Assembly (NCBI GenBank): GCA_030704845.1
Contig: JAUYKZ010000001.1
Coordinates: forward strand, 621-64,620
Direction: 5' to 3'
Origin: an archaeon
GTDB lineage: Archaea > Nanobdellota > Nanobdellia > Woesearchaeales > GW2011-AR9
Length of the DNA: 64,000 bases
Positions 1-8,957 of the stretch are shown here, piece after piece. The notes under the pieces were generated by a model. That model was not told where the DNA came from. It worked only from the letters and a program-made list of their open reading frames with translations, and did not search any database. The position numbers and the translations under genes are program-made. Every line of letters begins with the position of its first letter. Within the stretch, counting starts at the first letter, position 1.

Positions 1-785
1 AAGTTAAAAACATTCCAAAACTAAATAATCCGCTTTTCATTGAAGGACTTCCGGGCATAGGAAATGTTGGCAAAATAGCCGTAGATTTTATTATTGAAGA
101 ATTAAAAGCCGTAAAATTATATTCTTTTTTCTCGCACAAATTTCCTCATTCGGTTTTTGTGAATGAAGATAATTTAGTTGACATGCCTAAACTAGAGATT
201 TACTATAAAAAATCTAATGGAAAAAATAAAAAAAGAGATCTGATTTTATTAACTGGCGATATTCAACCAATTGATGAAGAAAGTTCTTATAACTTCTCTG
301 AAGAAATTCTGGGATTGTTAAAACTCCATAAATGTAATGAAATGGTTACGGTTGGCGGAATTGGTTTACAACAAATTCCAGAAGAACCAAAAGTTTATTG
401 TGCCGGAAATTCAGCAAGTCTCTATAAATCGTTTGTTAAGAAAGGGTCGGGAGTTGAGAAAAATATTTTCGGGGTAGTTGGTCCAATTATCGGCGTTTCT
501 GGAGTATTACTTGGATTGGGTCAAAAAAGAGGCATTTCAGGAGTAGCTCTTTTAGCGGAAACATTTGGTCATCCAATGTATCTAGGAATAAAAGGTGGGC
601 AAGAAGTGTTATCTGTACTTGAAAGAAGGTATCATTTTGGAATTAATCTTAAAAAATTAAATAAAGAAATTCTGGAAGTAGAAAAAGAACTGATTAAAAA
701 AACTAAAGAATGGACTTCAGAAGTTATAACTCATTCAGGAGCTGGCGCAAAACCCAAAAATGAAGAAGCAAGTTATATTGGATAG
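1..785 (+). CDS. PAC2-family protein (archaeal proteasome assembly chaperone-like), 5'-partial; the reading frame enters the window at position 3
   Basis: Open frame from nt 3 with no stop (VKNIPKLNNPLFIEGLPGIGNVGKIAVDFIIEEL...), continuous with the listed ORF 159-785. The IEGLPGIGNVG N-terminal motif and the G-rich GVVGPIIGVSGVLLGLG segment are typical of the PAC2/COG1938 family. Confidence 0.6.
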   Translation, partial: VKNIPKLNNPLFIEGLPGIGNVGKIAVDFIIEELKAVKLYSFFSHKFPHSVFVNEDNLVDMPKLEIYYKKSNGKNKKRDLILLTGDIQPIDEESSYNFSEEILGLLKLHKCNEMVTVGGIGLQQIPEEPKVYCAGNSASLYKSFVKKGSGVEKNIFGVVGPIIGVSGVLLGLGQKRGISGVALLAETFGHPMYLGIKGGQEVLSVLERRYHFGINLKKLNKEILEVEKELIKKTKEWTSEVITHSGAGAKPKNEEASYIG

Positions 786-945
786 GTTTTCTAGATATTC
801 ATTAATCTTCATTAATTTAATTGTAGCTAATTCTTAAGTTAAATAATTCAATTCAGGTTAAATGCAATCTTTTTTAACAAAATCATATTCCTATTTTTCA
901 AAAAGTTAAATAAAATATTATTAAAAATCTTGCTAAGTTTTACTC

Positions 946-2997
946 GTGATTGGGCATAATATTTATAAAGCATTAAGCTATTCTAAAACCATGCGTAAAA
1001 AGAGGTGTAATGTAGGTGAAGCTAGAGCTCTTTCTCTTAGAATTAACCCCGCAAAAAAAGGCCAGGTAACAATCTTTATCATACTTGGAATTCTTCTTGT
1101 TTTGGTTGCGATTCTTTACATTGCATTTCAAACTGAGATTGTAACTTTAACTCCTTCAGATATTATTCCAACTCAGAAAGGTAAAGTTGAAACTTTCATC
1201 TCTTCCTGTATTGAAAAAGTGGGTGATCAAGCTTTATTTTTAATTGGCTTACAAGGCGGATTTATTGAAGTTCCTTCCGAAATTAAATCTGACGGAGGTT
1301 CACATCTTAAACTTTCTCAGGATAATGTTGTACCATTCTGGGCGCAAGGACCGGTAACTTTTATTCCTCCGTTATCAGATATAAAATTAAGGGTTGATCG
1401 TTATGTTGAAGAAAATGTTCGTGATTGCTTAGTTAATTCCGAAGCATTCCAGGAATCTTATAATCTTCTTGAGAAAAGCGACATCACTGCCGATACTACT
1501 CTTGGTTCAAATAACGTTCAGTTTAACATTCGGTGGAACATTGAAGTTCGTAATAAAGATGGGGAAGTCGTAGCTGAACTAATCGACCATTCTGCTGAAT
1601 CTCCAATCCATTTCAAGAGTGCTTATGATCTTGCTACTCAAATTGTTACTCAGGAAATGCAGACCTTAAAATTGGAAGATCTTACCCAAGACTTGATTTC
1701 TTTAGAAGCTCCAAATGTTCCGGTTGCGGGAATTGAAGTAAGTTGCTCCCAGAAAAAATGGAAAGTAAGTAATGTTAAATCAGCTTTGAAAGAATTAATC
1801 CGAATAAATATTGGGCAATTAAAAGTTAGCGGCACTGAATTTGTTGAATTCCCCGACGAATTACCTTACTATCAGAATCATTATGTTTGGGATGTGGGAG
1901 AAGTTCCAAAAGATGTAAGCGCAAATTTCCAATTTGAAGAAACTTATCCATTCCAATTCCAAGTAACTCCTTCTGATGGTATTTCTCTTAAAAGTGATCA
2001 ACTTGGTGGAACAAGTTTACTTTCTGCGTTATGCATTCAATCCTGGAAATTTACTTACGATGTAACTTATCCAGTTCTGATAAAAGTTCGGGATGAAACT
2101 ACTGGTTATAATTTTAATATTGCCATGACTGTCCATTTAATCAGAAATATGCCTAACCGGAATGTTCCGTTACAAGCTCGCCCTTCATCTTCATTAGGAT
2201 TCCTTGATGATGAAGCGTTCTGTCAAAACAGAAGAATTCCGATGACTGTTGTTACGAATGAATTGGTGGAAAACAATTATGGTGTATATTTCACAGAACC
2301 TTTAGATGATGTAGATATCAGTTACACTTGCTTGAAATATCAATGTGAATATGATAAAACCGATCTTAACTTTGCTGAAAGAGGATATCAATCAGGATTC
2401 ACCACAAATTTCCCATATTGTGTTGGCGCAATTATGAGGGGAGAAAAAGAAGGATATAAAGAAGATTGGAAACGGGTAGTTACTCAATCAGGAGAAATTG
2501 TTGAATTAAATTTAGTTCCATTATATGACGTTCCTGCATCAAAGATTAAAGTTATCCAACATGAAGTTCGGGGAGATACTGTTCTTCCGGGAACTTCGCT
2601 TAATGAAGATTTAGCTGGTTCAATTCGAATTGCCTTTAGTAAACCGGGCAGTTTAACTCAAAATCAACAGATACCACCTCAGTTAAGACAACCATACCAC
2701 GAATCTAGAATTGGAATCTCTAAAGATATCGATCCTTCATTTGGCGATCGAGAGAAATTATCATTTTTAGCAAAAGCTGATTTCACTTATGAAGTTGACA
2801 TTCAACTTCTTGAAGGCGAAAAATTTGTTGGTGGCTATAAAGCTAATTGGACTGCTGATTGGTCAGCTTTAGAAAATGCGGAAGAAATTACATTTCATAT
2901 AGTTAATCTGAGAAATCCAAGTAATGAAGAAAGTTTCGAATTACTGCTCAACTTAGGCGAATTAAGTGCACAAGTACCTAAGCCGGAGATTAAATAA
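946..2997 (+). CDS. Hypothetical membrane-anchored protein with a large extracytoplasmic domain (683 aa; the true start may be the MRKKR Met near 991)
   Basis: Long ORF with a single N-terminal hydrophobic helix (VTIFIILGILLVLVAILYIAF) followed by a ~600-aa hydrophilic domain. It lies immediately upstream of, and co-directional with, the giant secreted protein. Confidence 0.6.
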   Translation: MIGHNIYKALSYSKTMRKKRCNVGEARALSLRINPAKKGQVTIFIILGILLVLVAILYIAFQTEIVTLTPSDIIPTQKGKVETFISSCIEKVGDQALFLIGLQGGFIEVPSEIKSDGGSHLKLSQDNVVPFWAQGPVTFIPPLSDIKLRVDRYVEENVRDCLVNSEAFQESYNLLEKSDITADTTLGSNNVQFNIRWNIEVRNKDGEVVAELIDHSAESPIHFKSAYDLATQIVTQEMQTLKLEDLTQDLISLEAPNVPVAGIEVSCSQKKWKVSNVKSALKELIRINIGQLKVSGTEFVEFPDELPYYQNHYVWDVGEVPKDVSANFQFEETYPFQFQVTPSDGISLKSDQLGGTSLLSALCIQSWKFTYDVTYPVLIKVRDETTGYNFNIAMTVHLIRNMPNRNVPLQARPSSSLGFLDDEAFCQNRRIPMTVVTNELVENNYGVYFTEPLDDVDISYTCLKYQCEYDKTDLNFAERGYQSGFTTNFPYCVGAIMRGEKEGYKEDWKRVVTQSGEIVELNLVPLYDVPASKIKVIQHEVRGDTVLPGTSLNEDLAGSIRIAFSKPGSLTQNQQIPPQLRQPYHESRIGISKDIDPSFGDREKLSFLAKADFTYEVDIQLLEGEKFVGGYKANWTADWSALENAEEITFHIVNLRNPSNEESFELLLNLGELSAQVPKPEIK

Positions 2998-3049
2998 GAA
3001 AAGATAAGTAGCTCAAATACTTCAACGTAACAAAAAAAGGAAAAGATAG

Positions 3050-6000
3050 ATGAAAACGACAAAAGGAAGATGGATGCGAATATTTTCTTTACTAGTTATC
3101 ATTCTATTTGTAAATCTTCCAATTGTTTCCGCCCTTGAGATATCAAATGTAAGGGCGGATAGTATCACCGAAACAAGTGCAGTCGTTAACTGGGAAACAG
3201 ATAGTAACGCTGACTCTTTTGTGAATTATGGACAAAGTAAAGACAATTTGGTATCAATTGGTGACGCATCCCAATTAATGAGTCATGCTCTTCCATTATC
3301 TGGCTTATCTTCAGATACAACTTATTATTTCTCAGTTGAAAGTAATAGTTTTGTAAGCGATAATGGTGGCGACTTATATTCTTTCAAGACGGCTGCTCCA
3401 GATACTGAAGCACCTCAAATTACTGCTGTCATTCCTGAATTTATTCAAGGAAGTAGATTAGATATAACTGGAAATGTCGAAACTGGTTCTCAGGTAAGAC
3501 TTTTCGTTAATGGTATTTTCTTACAAACGGCAAGTTCAGTTGCAGGCAAATTTACATTTCAAGGTGTATTATTAAAAGCAGATCAAGAAAATATTATTTC
3601 TCTTGAAGCAACTGATCCAGCTGGCAATTCTATGTCATTATCTGGAACCGTGTTTGCTGATACTTCTGCTCCTAAAATTACTCTCCCAGTAATCCCTGAA
3701 TTTAGTGATAGTAATTCATTTCAGTTGAAAGCCTCTTTATCTGAGAATTCCATGATTGAGATATTTAACGGTGATAAATCGGTTTCAAAAACTGAAGGAA
3801 CGTTAATCGATGTTACGATCTCTTTACAAGAAGGAGAAAATAATATCAAAATAGTTGTTTCTGATAAAGCTGGTTGGACTGCTGAAGAAAATTTTACGAT
3901 ACTCTCCGATACGAAACCGCCAACGATCACTTTCGATTTAACTAAAGGCACAGAATATTATGAAGGAAGAGCCGAAACGGATGTAACTGGTAAAACTGAA
4001 GCTGGCGCTAGTGTTTATCTTTACGTGTTTAGATCTTTCGGTGATGAATATAAAGCAGATTTCAAAAGAGCTTATGCGAAAACTATCGCTGACGAAAATG
4101 GCGAATTTAAATTCAGTGAGGTAAGTTTTCCTCCGCCTCCTTTTACAAGTATAACTGAACTTGCTCCAAGAGAAGTTCCAGCAGGATTACAAGAAGTATT
4201 AATTTCTCCTCTCGGTCTTATCGGGAATGAACAACGGAAAGGGTATAAAGTTTATTTGGTTGCGGAAGACAAATCAGGTAAAACTGCTTACGCTCAAAAA
4301 CAAATTAACATCAATACTTGTTTCTCGGCTGCAAGTGATTTCATTATTGATGAACAGATTCAGTTCCATGCTCCATTTAGGTTAGATCCGTCTTTAATGG
4401 AAGAAGGAAGAGAAGCAATTCAAGCTGTGTTTAATTTAAGTTACCGCGGAGATGCAATTGCTCCAATTAATACGGCTACAAATCAACCACAGGAAGCGTT
4501 CAGGATTCAAAGCGTAACATTCCAGAAAGCATGTACTCAAGCTATGTTGGATGAAGACGAATTTAAGTACGGATGTCAATTGTTGCCATCTTCATTAAGA
4601 TATCAAGCAAATGGAGATAAATCTGCTTATTATGTCACAGCTAATCTTAATCGAGCTTTAGATTTTATAGATAAGGAAGATAACGTTTGGGATGATTTCC
4701 AAAAACGTGAATTAAAAATGCCGGTGAAAGTAATTGTTAATTACCAAGAACGTGATGCTCAAGGTGGTTGGGAGCAACAGAAAACTCAAACTTCTTGTTA
4801 CGATTTAGGATATTTTGTTGATGTCCCAATAGAAAGTGAAAATTTAATCCCTGACTTTTTAGCAGAAGAAGGAGTAGATGCGCTTAATTTTACTATTGAA
4901 CAAATTGAAAATGTTAAACCTTACTTAAAAACAGCAATGATTGTTTCTGGTGTAAGTTGTATCGGTTCATTCTTGGTAAAACTAATTGCAAGATTATATA
5001 GAAATTTCATGGCAAACTTTGAACCTTGGTTAACTAGGATAAAAGGGGAAGATGAAAGATGTCCAAATATAGCTGGTCAAAATAAATTATATCTCGATAG
5101 CACAATTCAGCAATGGCAGGATTTGAAAAATCATCCTGAAGCAAATGGAAAAAGTGGTATTCCTGATTTAGATGCTGAAAAAAATTCTCTTAGTAAAAGA
5201 TGTCCGCAAACAGCAAGTGCGTGGGAAGTTGAGACTTATATCGATTTAGCGTATAGATTTACTTGTGACAGATTCTTCTGTAGATCTGTTCCAGCTGCTT
5301 GGACATCTAAAGAAACTGATGAAAAAATTCAAGGTGTTATCGCTGAACAAACCATGTGTACAGCTACCACTACCTGTTCATTCCTTGAACCAGTTGAGAA
5401 TTGCCAAGAGAAGTTGAAAACAAGTGTAGCTAACACCGAAAGAGCAAGAATATTGGAACAGGAAGGAAAATCTTTCACTTGTTATCTTAACAGACAGAAC
5501 GGATTATATTACACTGTTGAAGGAGATCCTCTACAAGAAGAACGGTTCATCTGGAAATTAGTCCCTGAAGAAACAATTAATAGTATTGGAACATTATCAC
5601 AACCAAATCTTCTTGCTTACAAACCAGAAGGATCACAGAACTTCTGTATCGCAACTGATTTAAGTTGTTCTAGTGCATGTAAACGAAAGAGTGGATATCA
5701 AGCGGTAACGGATGGATATACTTTAGAAAAACAAGGAGATAAAGTTGTTGTTGCAGGAAACGGCGGAGCTTGTTACCGTGAAGATCCAAAGGGGGATAGT
5801 ACAGTTCTAAGGAATGCTGGCGAAAATACTCTTCGTGATGCTGGCGGAGATAAAGTTGCTTTCGGATATACTAACGATTGTTTCGTTCAAGATCAGCCTG
5901 AACAATTATATCAATGTGTTTGTGAACCATCGAAAGCACAAGCTGGAGTTTCATTGAAAGGAGCAAGGGAAGCAGTTCGTGAAGTGAATGGTCAGACTGA

Positions 6001-8389
6001 AGAATGGGTATTCCGTCAAGATAGAGTTTATGCTGAATCAAAAGCAACAGCAGGAACGCATTACTCTAAAGATAGATATTATAGTGGAAGAGATTTCAGT
6101 GGAGCATTCGGAACAAATTATGCTCTTGATGCATTCAAGACTGAAGATTTTAGTACGGCAAGAGTCGATCCACATAACCAATTACTTGGAACTTTCCAAA
6201 GTATGTGTCTTCCTGGAATTTATGCAAGATTACAATTATTGCAAAGCATTTTGATGGGACTTAGAAATTGTATCATTGAAGCAAAATATACTGGATTCCA
6301 TGATGCAGGTATGTGTAAAACATTATTCACTCAATATGTCTGTGGTTTAATTTACAAAACAATATCTTATGCGGCAAGTAGTTGTTCACCACTTTCCTTG
6401 AAAGATGTTGGTGAAGATGATCAATTAAGTGCTATCGAAGCAGCTTTAGGTGCCGGTTCGAAAGCAATTCCTGCAACTTTAGATTCATCAATCCAAGAAG
6501 TGAAATCAGATTATGGAAATTCTGCATTAGATCAATATTTTGCATCCGGCAGTCAAGGATTTGCTGAATCGTTATGTTTAGCTGCGTTCGGTTATGACTT
6601 CCCTCTGGGCATGGACTTTATTCAAGATGCTGCTTACGCTTTCCCGACGGCGACAAATGTAATATTCCCAATTGCTGAAAGAGAATTGGCTACATTTGAT
6701 CCGGTGAAAGGAAGCGCGGTGTTCAATTATAATTTAGGTGGTACGATTCTTCCAGGTTGTAAAATTCAAAGTTATAGGACATCATTGAAATGTATCGGTC
6801 CAAATGATTTAGGTAAAGCTGGTGTTGATTGTTCCCAACAAAGTTGTGATTGTTTACAATCAACGGGAGATGTAACTGCCTTTGAAACTCAGAAATCATA
6901 TGTAATCCAAGGTGGAACTGGCGTGGGTGGTATTACTAAAGGACAGATGGTTGATCTTCCAATTCCATCGCCACAAAAAGTAACTAGTCCATTCAGGTAT
7001 GATCACGTGGTACTTGAATTAACTTTAGCTCAAGGAGAAAGTCCAGATACATGTTTCGATGAACAATATAGAACCGGTAACGGCGGAATTTTCTATTTCC
7101 CAATTCAAGATACTTCTCCTCCATTCGCGGTATCATGTCATGTGAACCTGAATAATGGTAAATTTGAATGTCCACAAATCAGTGCATTCTTTGGTGGAGG
7201 ACAAAGTTACTTCGAATACCCATTCATGCGTTGTGCGGATGCAAAGACGGGAGATTTCGTATCTTGTGATCAACCAAATCTTTTCATTAACAATGATCCA
7301 CAGAGAGATCAGATTGTGATTAAACCTTACTTAAATCTAGGAAACGAGAAAGCTTGTTTAAGAATTGAAGATGAAAGAAATTTAATTCAGCCGAGAATTA
7401 TTCCTCTTCCGGATGGTCTGCAAGGTCAGTATTCGCCGGTAATCACGTTAGGTCCAGTTACTGAGAATATGGTTTCTGGTGGTAGCGCAGCAACAATCAC
7501 CAAGAATACTGTGTTAAGCGATTCTGGGTGTGGTGGATTCCAGAACGGTGATTTGAATGTAATTACTCGTTCAGAAAAATCTGTAGCTAATACTAATTTA
7601 GAATTTAAATATGAAAGAAATGTTGAAGGATTGTATAAACTGGAAATTGGAACAACGGGAGTAACGTTAGATCCTGCTAGTAATAATAACAGATTTTTAG
7701 TAAATCAAAATAATGTTTGGAAAGGTGAAAAACAATTCATGACATTCCAAGAAGCTAACGAAGCAATTTTCTCTTATGAAGGATTTAGGTTCAGCAATGT
7801 ACTCGGTCAACCTATACCTAAAGTTGGTTCTGGTGGAAGTTGTATTTATCAAGCTCAATTCCCCAGATCGAATGTTGGACAAACTCAAGGCGGATTAAGA
7901 GTTACTGCTAAATTACTTCAAGCAGTTGGAGATAATTGTTATGAAGCAACTCAATTAATACCTAAATCTGATCTTGGTGTAAATCTCCACACTGAAAATA
8001 TTAGAATCCAACTTGAACCGGTTGAAGTTACGGTTGGTAAAAATCTTGCAGAAGATTTCTTTAACAGGAATTATGAAATTGTTTTAAGTAAAGCGGAAGC
8101 TATCGCTAAAAGAAAATCAGGTTCTTTAGAAGATGCGGAAGCTCTTTATTATTGGGTGTTGAGTTATGTTGCTCAGAAAGATGGCACAACTAAATATAAG
8201 GAGAATATAATCAGTTTACTTGATTTATTCTTCAAACGGGAAAGTAATCAAGGTAAAAGTGATCCTTACACGGAAGATGTTGTGAAGACCGGGGAGTATC
8301 AAATTGTTGAAAAGAATTTATGTTGTGTTGCAAAGAAGATTGGTACTGATAACAACTATGGTGTCTGTGAAGGGGTAGATTGTAAATAA
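3050..8389 (+). CDS. Giant secreted Cys-rich surface protein (1779 aa) with an N-terminal FN3/purple-acid-phosphatase-N-like domain and Ig-like repeats
   Basis: Uninterrupted 5.3-kb ORF with a signal peptide (MRIFSLLVIILFVNLPIVSALE). The ISNVRADSITETSAVVNWETDSNADSFVNYGQSKDNL segment matches the FN3/PAP-N consensus, followed by repeated ~90-aa beta-rich segments (ITAVIPEF..., ITLPVIPEF...). The C-terminal 1200 aa are very Cys-rich with no transmembrane helix. Confidence 0.8.
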   Translation: MKTTKGRWMRIFSLLVIILFVNLPIVSALEISNVRADSITETSAVVNWETDSNADSFVNYGQSKDNLVSIGDASQLMSHALPLSGLSSDTTYYFSVESNSFVSDNGGDLYSFKTAAPDTEAPQITAVIPEFIQGSRLDITGNVETGSQVRLFVNGIFLQTASSVAGKFTFQGVLLKADQENIISLEATDPAGNSMSLSGTVFADTSAPKITLPVIPEFSDSNSFQLKASLSENSMIEIFNGDKSVSKTEGTLIDVTISLQEGENNIKIVVSDKAGWTAEENFTILSDTKPPTITFDLTKGTEYYEGRAETDVTGKTEAGASVYLYVFRSFGDEYKADFKRAYAKTIADENGEFKFSEVSFPPPPFTSITELAPREVPAGLQEVLISPLGLIGNEQRKGYKVYLVAEDKSGKTAYAQKQININTCFSAASDFIIDEQIQFHAPFRLDPSLMEEGREAIQAVFNLSYRGDAIAPINTATNQPQEAFRIQSVTFQKACTQAMLDEDEFKYGCQLLPSSLRYQANGDKSAYYVTANLNRALDFIDKEDNVWDDFQKRELKMPVKVIVNYQERDAQGGWEQQKTQTSCYDLGYFVDVPIESENLIPDFLAEEGVDALNFTIEQIENVKPYLKTAMIVSGVSCIGSFLVKLIARLYRNFMANFEPWLTRIKGEDERCPNIAGQNKLYLDSTIQQWQDLKNHPEANGKSGIPDLDAEKNSLSKRCPQTASAWEVETYIDLAYRFTCDRFFCRSVPAAWTSKETDEKIQGVIAEQTMCTATTTCSFLEPVENCQEKLKTSVANTERARILEQEGKSFTCYLNRQNGLYYTVEGDPLQEERFIWKLVPEETINSIGTLSQPNLLAYKPEGSQNFCIATDLSCSSACKRKSGYQAVTDGYTLEKQGDKVVVAGNGGACYREDPKGDSTVLRNAGENTLRDAGGDKVAFGYTNDCFVQDQPEQLYQCVCEPSKAQAGVSLKGAREAVREVNGQTEEWVFRQDRVYAESKATAGTHYSKDRYYSGRDFSGAFGTNYALDAFKTEDFSTARVDPHNQLLGTFQSMCLPGIYARLQLLQSILMGLRNCIIEAKYTGFHDAGMCKTLFTQYVCGLIYKTISYAASSCSPLSLKDVGEDDQLSAIEAALGAGSKAIPATLDSSIQEVKSDYGNSALDQYFASGSQGFAESLCLAAFGYDFPLGMDFIQDAAYAFPTATNVIFPIAERELATFDPVKGSAVFNYNLGGTILPGCKIQSYRTSLKCIGPNDLGKAGVDCSQQSCDCLQSTGDVTAFETQKSYVIQGGTGVGGITKGQMVDLPIPSPQKVTSPFRYDHVVLELTLAQGESPDTCFDEQYRTGNGGIFYFPIQDTSPPFAVSCHVNLNNGKFECPQISAFFGGGQSYFEYPFMRCADAKTGDFVSCDQPNLFINNDPQRDQIVIKPYLNLGNEKACLRIEDERNLIQPRIIPLPDGLQGQYSPVITLGPVTENMVSGGSAATITKNTVLSDSGCGGFQNGDLNVITRSEKSVANTNLEFKYERNVEGLYKLEIGTTGVTLDPASNNNRFLVNQNNVWKGEKQFMTFQEANEAIFSYEGFRFSNVLGQPIPKVGSGGSCIYQAQFPRSNVGQTQGGLRVTAKLLQAVGDNCYEATQLIPKSDLGVNLHTENIRIQLEPVEVTVGKNLAEDFFNRNYEIVLSKAEAIAKRKSGSLEDAEALYYWVLSYVAQKDGTTKYKENIISLLDLFFKRESNQGKSDPYTEDVVKTGEYQIVEKNLCCVAKKIGTDNNYGVCEGVDCK

Positions 8390-8390
8390 A

Positions 8391-8957
8391 ATGTTGAAAC
8401 AAAAAAAAGGCGGGCTTGTAATTCAAGTTTTAGTATTGATGGTTCTGGTAGTAATTAGCAGCAGCGTTTTATTATTCCTAATTAATAAAGGCGTGATTAC
8501 TGTTAAAGAATCTGGACAAACAGAACCAATCCTTCAAGCAAATTTTTTACCAATCGCTAGAACTGGAACGGTGGCTGTTAAAGAATTTGCTTTCTGTAGT
8601 GATGTTAACGAAGATTTTGAATGTATCGGTCAGCGTTCACTGTTCCAGAAAGGAGATAAAGTTCACTTTAAGTTTGTTGTTGAAACTAATCCGTATGGGG
8701 GAGATGTCATCATTTTTCAGAATTACCGTTTAATTAATCCTAATGGGGTTATAATCTTGGAAGCTGAAGATATGAATAATTATCAGTATGATGCAAGAAG
8801 CGATAAAACATTGGAAGAAATAGTGTTTAAAGATTATATTATCACGGAAGAGAATGATATTCCTGGAACTTATAGGTTTGAATTACTTGTGAGCAATCCA
8901 TTATTAGAAAAGGATATAACTGTTACGGAGGAGTTCACTCTTGCTGGAAATGAATAA
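8391..8957 (+). CDS. Hypothetical membrane-anchored protein (188 aa)
   Basis: Starts 2 nt after the giant-protein stop. N-terminal transmembrane helix (LVIQVLVLMVLVVISSSVLLFLI). Overlaps the next gene by 17 nt, which suggests translational coupling. Confidence 0.55.
   Translation: MLKQKKGGLVIQVLVLMVLVVISSSVLLFLINKGVITVKESGQTEPILQANFLPIARTGTVAVKEFAFCSDVNEDFECIGQRSLFQKGDKVHFKFVVETNPYGGDVIIFQNYRLINPNGVIILEAEDMNNYQYDARSDKTLEEIVFKDYIITEENDIPGTYRFELLVSNPLLEKDITVTEEFTLAGNE

Noticed and set aside
1650-1835. Short antisense ORFs embedded in long genes (1650-1835, 3721-3951, 9358-9705, 19084-19353, 26740-26928 and others)
   Set aside because: They lie fully inside strongly supported genes on the opposite strand with no motifs. 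They are typical frame shadows of AT-rich coding sequence.
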